Positions 60,522 through 64,000 of a stretch of DNA of 64,000 nt are shown here, one piece after another. The notes beneath the pieces were generated by a model that saw nothing but the letters and a program-made list of their open reading frames with translations, searched no databases and was not told the origin of the DNA. The DNA is from an uncultured Chloroflexia bacterium (lineage in GTDB: Bacteria; Chloroflexota; Limnocylindria; QHBO01). Positions within the stretch are counted from its first letter, which is position 1, and every line of letters begins with the position of its first letter. The translations under genes and the position numbers were made by a program. The stretch spans positions 192,078 through 256,077 of the forward strand of contig CAWDVA010000006.1 of NCBI GenBank assembly GCA_963805645.1. The letters are read 5' to 3'.

Positions 60522-61943
60522 ATGACACTGGAGATGACCGCGGCCACCGACGCCGCGCTTGACCATGCGCGCGCCGGCCGCGAGAAGACCCTCGCCGACC
60601 TGGATGAGCTCCTGCGCATCGAATCGGTGAGCGCCGACCCCGCGCGGGATGGCGCGGTGCGCGAGGCGGCGCGCTGGGTCATGGATCGCCTGGAGAGCAT
60701 CGGCTTCGAGCATGTCGCGGCACACGAGACCTCCGGCCATCCCATCATCACCGCCGACTGGCTCCATGCCGGCGAGGACCGGCCCACGGTCCTCGTCTAC
60801 TGCCACTACGACGTCCAGCCCTCCGACCCGGAGGAGGAGTGGGTCCGGCCACCCTTCGAGCCACGGCACGAGGATGGGCGAATCTACGCGCGGGGCGCCG
60901 GTGACGACAAGGGCCAGCTGGTCATCCACCTGCGCGCCGCCGAGGCCTGGATGCGGACCGCCGGCCGCCTGCCGCTGAACGTGCGGATCTTCTTCGAGGG
61001 TGACGAGGAGGTTGGGTCGGAGCCGGCCGACCGCTTCATCCTGGAGCACCCCGAGCTCCTGGCTGCCGACGTCTGCGTGGTGAGCGACACCGGGATGCAG
61101 GACGACGACGGCACACCGGCGCTGACCTACGGCCTGCGGGGGATCGCCTACTTCGAGGTGAAGGTCTCGGGCCCGTTCCAGGACCTGCACTCGGGCGAGT
61201 ACGGCGGCGCCATTGCCAACCCGGCCAACGTGCTGGTCAAGATGCTCGCCAGCCTGCAGGACGAGCGTGGCCGGGTCACCATTCCCGGCTTCTACGACCG
61301 CGTTCGCCCGCTGACCGATGCCGACCGCACCGCGTACGCCGAGATCCCGTTCGACCCGGAGGAGCTGCGCGACGCCGTGGAGGTGCCGGCGCTCTGGGAC
61401 GGGGAGGAGGGCTACAGCGTCCTCGAGCGCCTGTCGGCACGCCCAACCTTCGACATCAACGGGATGTGGGGTGGCTACTCGGGCGATGGAGCCAAGACGA
61501 TCATCCCGGCCTGGGCGGCGGCGAAGTTCAGCACCCGCCTGGTCCCGGACCAGGACTTCCACGAGATCGAGCGGATCGTGGTGGACCACCTGAGGTCGAT
61601 CGCGCCGCCGGAGGTGCGGGTCGACGTGCGGGTGATCCACGGCGGCGCCCCAGCCCTGACCACGCTCGACCACCCGGCCGTGGCCGTGGCCGCCGACGCC
61701 CTGGAGGCGGCCTTCGGCCGGAGGCCCGTCTTCCTGCGCAGCGGTGGATCCATCCCGGTCGTCGCGGCGCTGGAGGCTCATGCCGGCCTGAAATCCGTCC
61801 TCGTGGGCTTCGCCTCGCCGAACGGCAACTTCCATGCCCCCAACGAGTGGATGCCCGAGGCGAACGTCCACGTCGGCATCGAGGCCATCGTCCGGCTGTG
61901 GGGCGCAATGGGCGAGATGACGGGAGCGCGGCTGCGAGGCTGA
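60522..61943 (+). CDS. M20-family dipeptidase/peptidase
   Basis: HYDVQP, GAGDDKGQ and EGDEEVGS metal-ligand motifs. Confidence 0.85.
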   Translation: MTLEMTAATDAALDHARAGREKTLADLDELLRIESVSADPARDGAVREAARWVMDRLESIGFEHVAAHETSGHPIITADWLHAGEDRPTVLVYCHYDVQPSDPEEEWVRPPFEPRHEDGRIYARGAGDDKGQLVIHLRAAEAWMRTAGRLPLNVRIFFEGDEEVGSEPADRFILEHPELLAADVCVVSDTGMQDDDGTPALTYGLRGIAYFEVKVSGPFQDLHSGEYGGAIANPANVLVKMLASLQDERGRVTIPGFYDRVRPLTDADRTAYAEIPFDPEELRDAVEVPALWDGEEGYSVLERLSARPTFDINGMWGGYSGDGAKTIIPAWAAAKFSTRLVPDQDFHEIERIVVDHLRSIAPPEVRVDVRVIHGGAPALTTLDHPAVAVAADALEAAFGRRPVFLRSGGSIPVVAALEAHAGLKSVLVGFASPNGNFHAPNEWMPEANVHVGIEAIVRLWGAMGEMTGARLRG

Positions 61944-61954
61944 CGTCGGTGGAG

Positions 61955-62671
61955 ATGGCGGAACGCGACGATCCCTGGCTTCCGATTGGCGCCGCGAGCC
62001 GGCTGGTTGGGGTCGGCCCGGACACGCTGCGTCGCTGGGCCGACGCCGGCAAGGTCCAGAGCTACCAGACCGCGGGCGGCCACCGGCGGTTCCTGCGCTC
62101 GAGCCTCGAGGCGATCACCAGCACCTCGCGCCGGCCGCGCTACGAGACCGGGCAGCTTCCCGATGCGGCATCCACCATCGTGGGCGACGTGCAGCGTCGC
62201 ATGCAGCGCACCGGGTACGCGGGCATGCCCTGGCAGTCGCGTCTCTCTGCCGACCAGCGCGCCGACTTCCGCCGCTGGGGGCAGCGAACCTTCAACCTGG
62301 TGATCGAGTACGTGGCCGCAACCAGGCGGAGCGAGCGTGACCTGCTGCTCGAAGAGGCCGAGCGGATGGGCTCCCTGTATGGGCACGAGGCGTCGGGCGC
62401 CGGGCTGACGCTGGCCGAGGCGGTCGAGGCGTTCCTCTTCTATCGCTCCCCGGTCCTCGAGGCGATCCTCGCCCATCTTCGCCGTCGCGTCGCGGAGGTC
62501 TCGCAGGTCACCGCCGCGGTGCACGAGGCGAACGCCGCCATCGACCAGGTCCTGGTGGCGCTGGTGGCCTCCTATCGCGAGCGCGCGCCCGAGGAGGACC
62601 GCCCGGCGGACGCCGGCAATCGCAAGAGCGCTCGCCCGCCGCGCGCGAATCGGCCGGCTAGCCGACGCTGA
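61955..62671 (+). CDS. MerR-like HTH (excisionase-type DNA-binding domain) transcriptional regulator
   Basis: LPIGAASRLVGVGPDTLRRWADAGKV at the N-terminus. GGTGGAG Shine-Dalgarno sequence before ATG 61955. Confidence 0.55.
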   Translation: MAERDDPWLPIGAASRLVGVGPDTLRRWADAGKVQSYQTAGGHRRFLRSSLEAITSTSRRPRYETGQLPDAASTIVGDVQRRMQRTGYAGMPWQSRLSADQRADFRRWGQRTFNLVIEYVAATRRSERDLLLEEAERMGSLYGHEASGAGLTLAEAVEAFLFYRSPVLEAILAHLRRRVAEVSQVTAAVHEANAAIDQVLVALVASYRERAPEEDRPADAGNRKSARPPRANRPASRR

Positions 62672-63794
62672 GCAGATCGCGCGAGGAGCGGTTCAGCACC
62701 TCGCTGCCATCGGGCGTGCACACCACGATGTCCTCGATGCGTGCGCCCCACTGCCCGCCAAGGTAGATTCCGGGCTCCACGCTGAACGCCTCTCCGGCGC
62801 GCAAGGGCTCGGCATTGCCCTCGACGATGTACGGCTCCTCGTGGGTCTCCATCCCGATGCCGTGGCCGGTGCGATGGACGAAGGCGTCGCCATAGCCGGC
62901 CTCCGCAATCAGCCGCCGGGCGGCCCGGTCGACGTCCTGCGCGGAAACCCCCGGGGTGACGGTGCTGGCTGCCGCGAGCTGCGCCTGGAGCAGCACCTCG
63001 TACAGGCGGTGGAAGGCCGTCGGAACGTCGCCAACGAAGACCGTCCGCGTCGTGTCGGACCCGTAGCCGCGCCGGGTGCCGCCGATGTCGAGGACCACCG
63101 CGTCCCCGGCGGTGATGACCCGCTCGCCCGGCTCATGGTGGGGCGATGCGCTGTTCGGCCCCGAGCCCACGATGGCGAAGTCGGCCGTGTCGTGGCCGGC
63201 CTCGAGGAGGAGCTCGCGGATGCGCGCCGACACGTCTCGCTCGGTGCGGCCGCTGAAGCGCTCGCCGCGGATCGCGTCCATGGCCGCATCGGCGGCACGG
63301 GCCGCGGCCCGCAGGCGGTCCACCTCCGCCTTCGACTTGAGCCGGCGCAGGGCGCTCATGGCGGGCGAGGCCACGACCAGCTCGGCAGGGTCGAGCGCGG
63401 AACGCAGCCGCAGGGCGAAGCGCGCCCACATCTGGTCCTGCACGGCCACCCGCAGGGCCTGCTCGGCGAGAATCTCGCGCACCAGCGCGAAGGGATCGTC
63501 GGTCTCCTCCCACGGGACCATGACGATCCGATCGGCGAGCTCGCCCAGCTCGTGGCGTGCCAGCGGCTCCTCGAGCAGCGGCAGCACCAGGCTCGGGCTG
63601 CCGTGCGCGGGGACGACGAGGCAGGTGAGCCGCTCGAGGGCCGGAGCCGCGTAGCCGAGCAGGTACGTGTAGTCGGGAGAGGGAGTGATGAGCAGCGCAT
63701 CGATGTCGCGGGCAGTCGCCTCGCGGGCGGCGCGCCGCAGGCGCTCGGCGTGGACGGAGGGCGCGAAGCGCGCCTGGGCGAATCCGGTGCTCAT
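62658..63794 (-). CDS. M24-family Xaa-Pro aminopeptidase/dipeptidase
   Basis: HRTGHGIGMETHE and VEPGIY metal-ligand blocks and the pita-bread fold pattern. Confidence 0.85.
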   Translation of the reverse strand: MSTGFAQARFAPSVHAERLRRAAREATARDIDALLITPSPDYTYLLGYAAPALERLTCLVVPAHGSPSLVLPLLEEPLARHELGELADRIVMVPWEETDDPFALVREILAEQALRVAVQDQMWARFALRLRSALDPAELVVASPAMSALRRLKSKAEVDRLRAAARAADAAMDAIRGERFSGRTERDVSARIRELLLEAGHDTADFAIVGSGPNSASPHHEPGERVITAGDAVVLDIGGTRRGYGSDTTRTVFVGDVPTAFHRLYEVLLQAQLAAASTVTPGVSAQDVDRAARRLIAEAGYGDAFVHRTGHGIGMETHEEPYIVEGNAEPLRAGEAFSVEPGIYLGGQWGARIEDIVVCTPDGSEVLNRSSRDLLSVG

Positions 63795-63812
63795 GGCGCG
63801 CACAGCGTACGC

Positions 63813-64000
63813 TACCGGACCGTCAGCGGCACCTCGTCAGCCAGGCCGTCGGTGATCCGCCAGGCCCGCAGCGCACGCTCCGGCGGCGCATCGGCATCGG
63901 CCAGCGTGGCCAGCACGTAGAACGCGTCGGGATACATCGCTGCGCGCCGGTCCGTGGCGGAGGGCACCGCGGGCGAGCGGGTGTGCGAATGGAAGATGGC
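63813..64000 (-). CDS. 3' end of a gene continuing beyond the window (C-terminal 62 aa visible)
   Basis: An open minus-strand frame runs from the window edge to the TAG at 63813-63815 (...AWRITDGLADEVPLTVR*). Confidence 0.25.

Noticed and set aside
62841-63920. 359-aa plus-strand ORF antisense to the M24 peptidase
   Set aside because: Low-complexity Arg/Gly-rich translation. The M24 motifs are on the minus strand.

Overview
This 64-kb window is very GC-rich (about 72%) and gene-dense, and reads like an Actinomycetota chromosome. GTG/TTG starts and ATGA/TAGATG start-stop overlaps are frequent. A fused E2-E1 Kgd/OdhA-type 2-oxoglutarate dehydrogenase is present. I found no rRNA, tRNA, CRISPR, transposase or integrase. 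Most genes are housekeeping or metabolic: kgd, mdh-gltA, thrC, thrB, an aspartokinase paralog, gltX, upp, lgt, tag, mutY, arsC, metB-like, cysK-like, a frameshifted mmsA, an ABC-F ATPase, peptidases and transporters. Three things stand out. (1) A tightly packed six-gene minus-strand operon at 13415-21413 is built around cyclic-nucleotide-type domains. It has a response regulator with an N-terminal, apparently degenerate class III nucleotidyl-cyclase domain (CHD-REC-LuxR). Next comes a cytoplasmic GAF-GAF-PAS-GAF-PAS HisKA_3 kinase, then a lone receiver, then a small LiaF-like membrane protein. The last two genes are a DmpA-type self-processing aminopeptidase and an MFS transporter fused to a CAP-type cNMP-binding domain. 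This is the best candidate for an undescribed signalling/transport system. (2) Three intergenic arrays carry tandem repeats with 60-67 bp or 138 bp periodicity, resembling MIRU-like minisatellites and operator arrays. They sit upstream of a dehydratase/racemase pair, in the 430-bp kgd leader, and upstream of the ABC-F gene. (3) Smaller oddities: a frameshifted methylmalonate-semialdehyde dehydrogenase, a short aspartokinase coupled to a HAD phosphatase, a Cys-less peroxiredoxin-like protein coupled to mutY, and a large ATPase-LuxR regulator next to a small repeat-containing exported protein.
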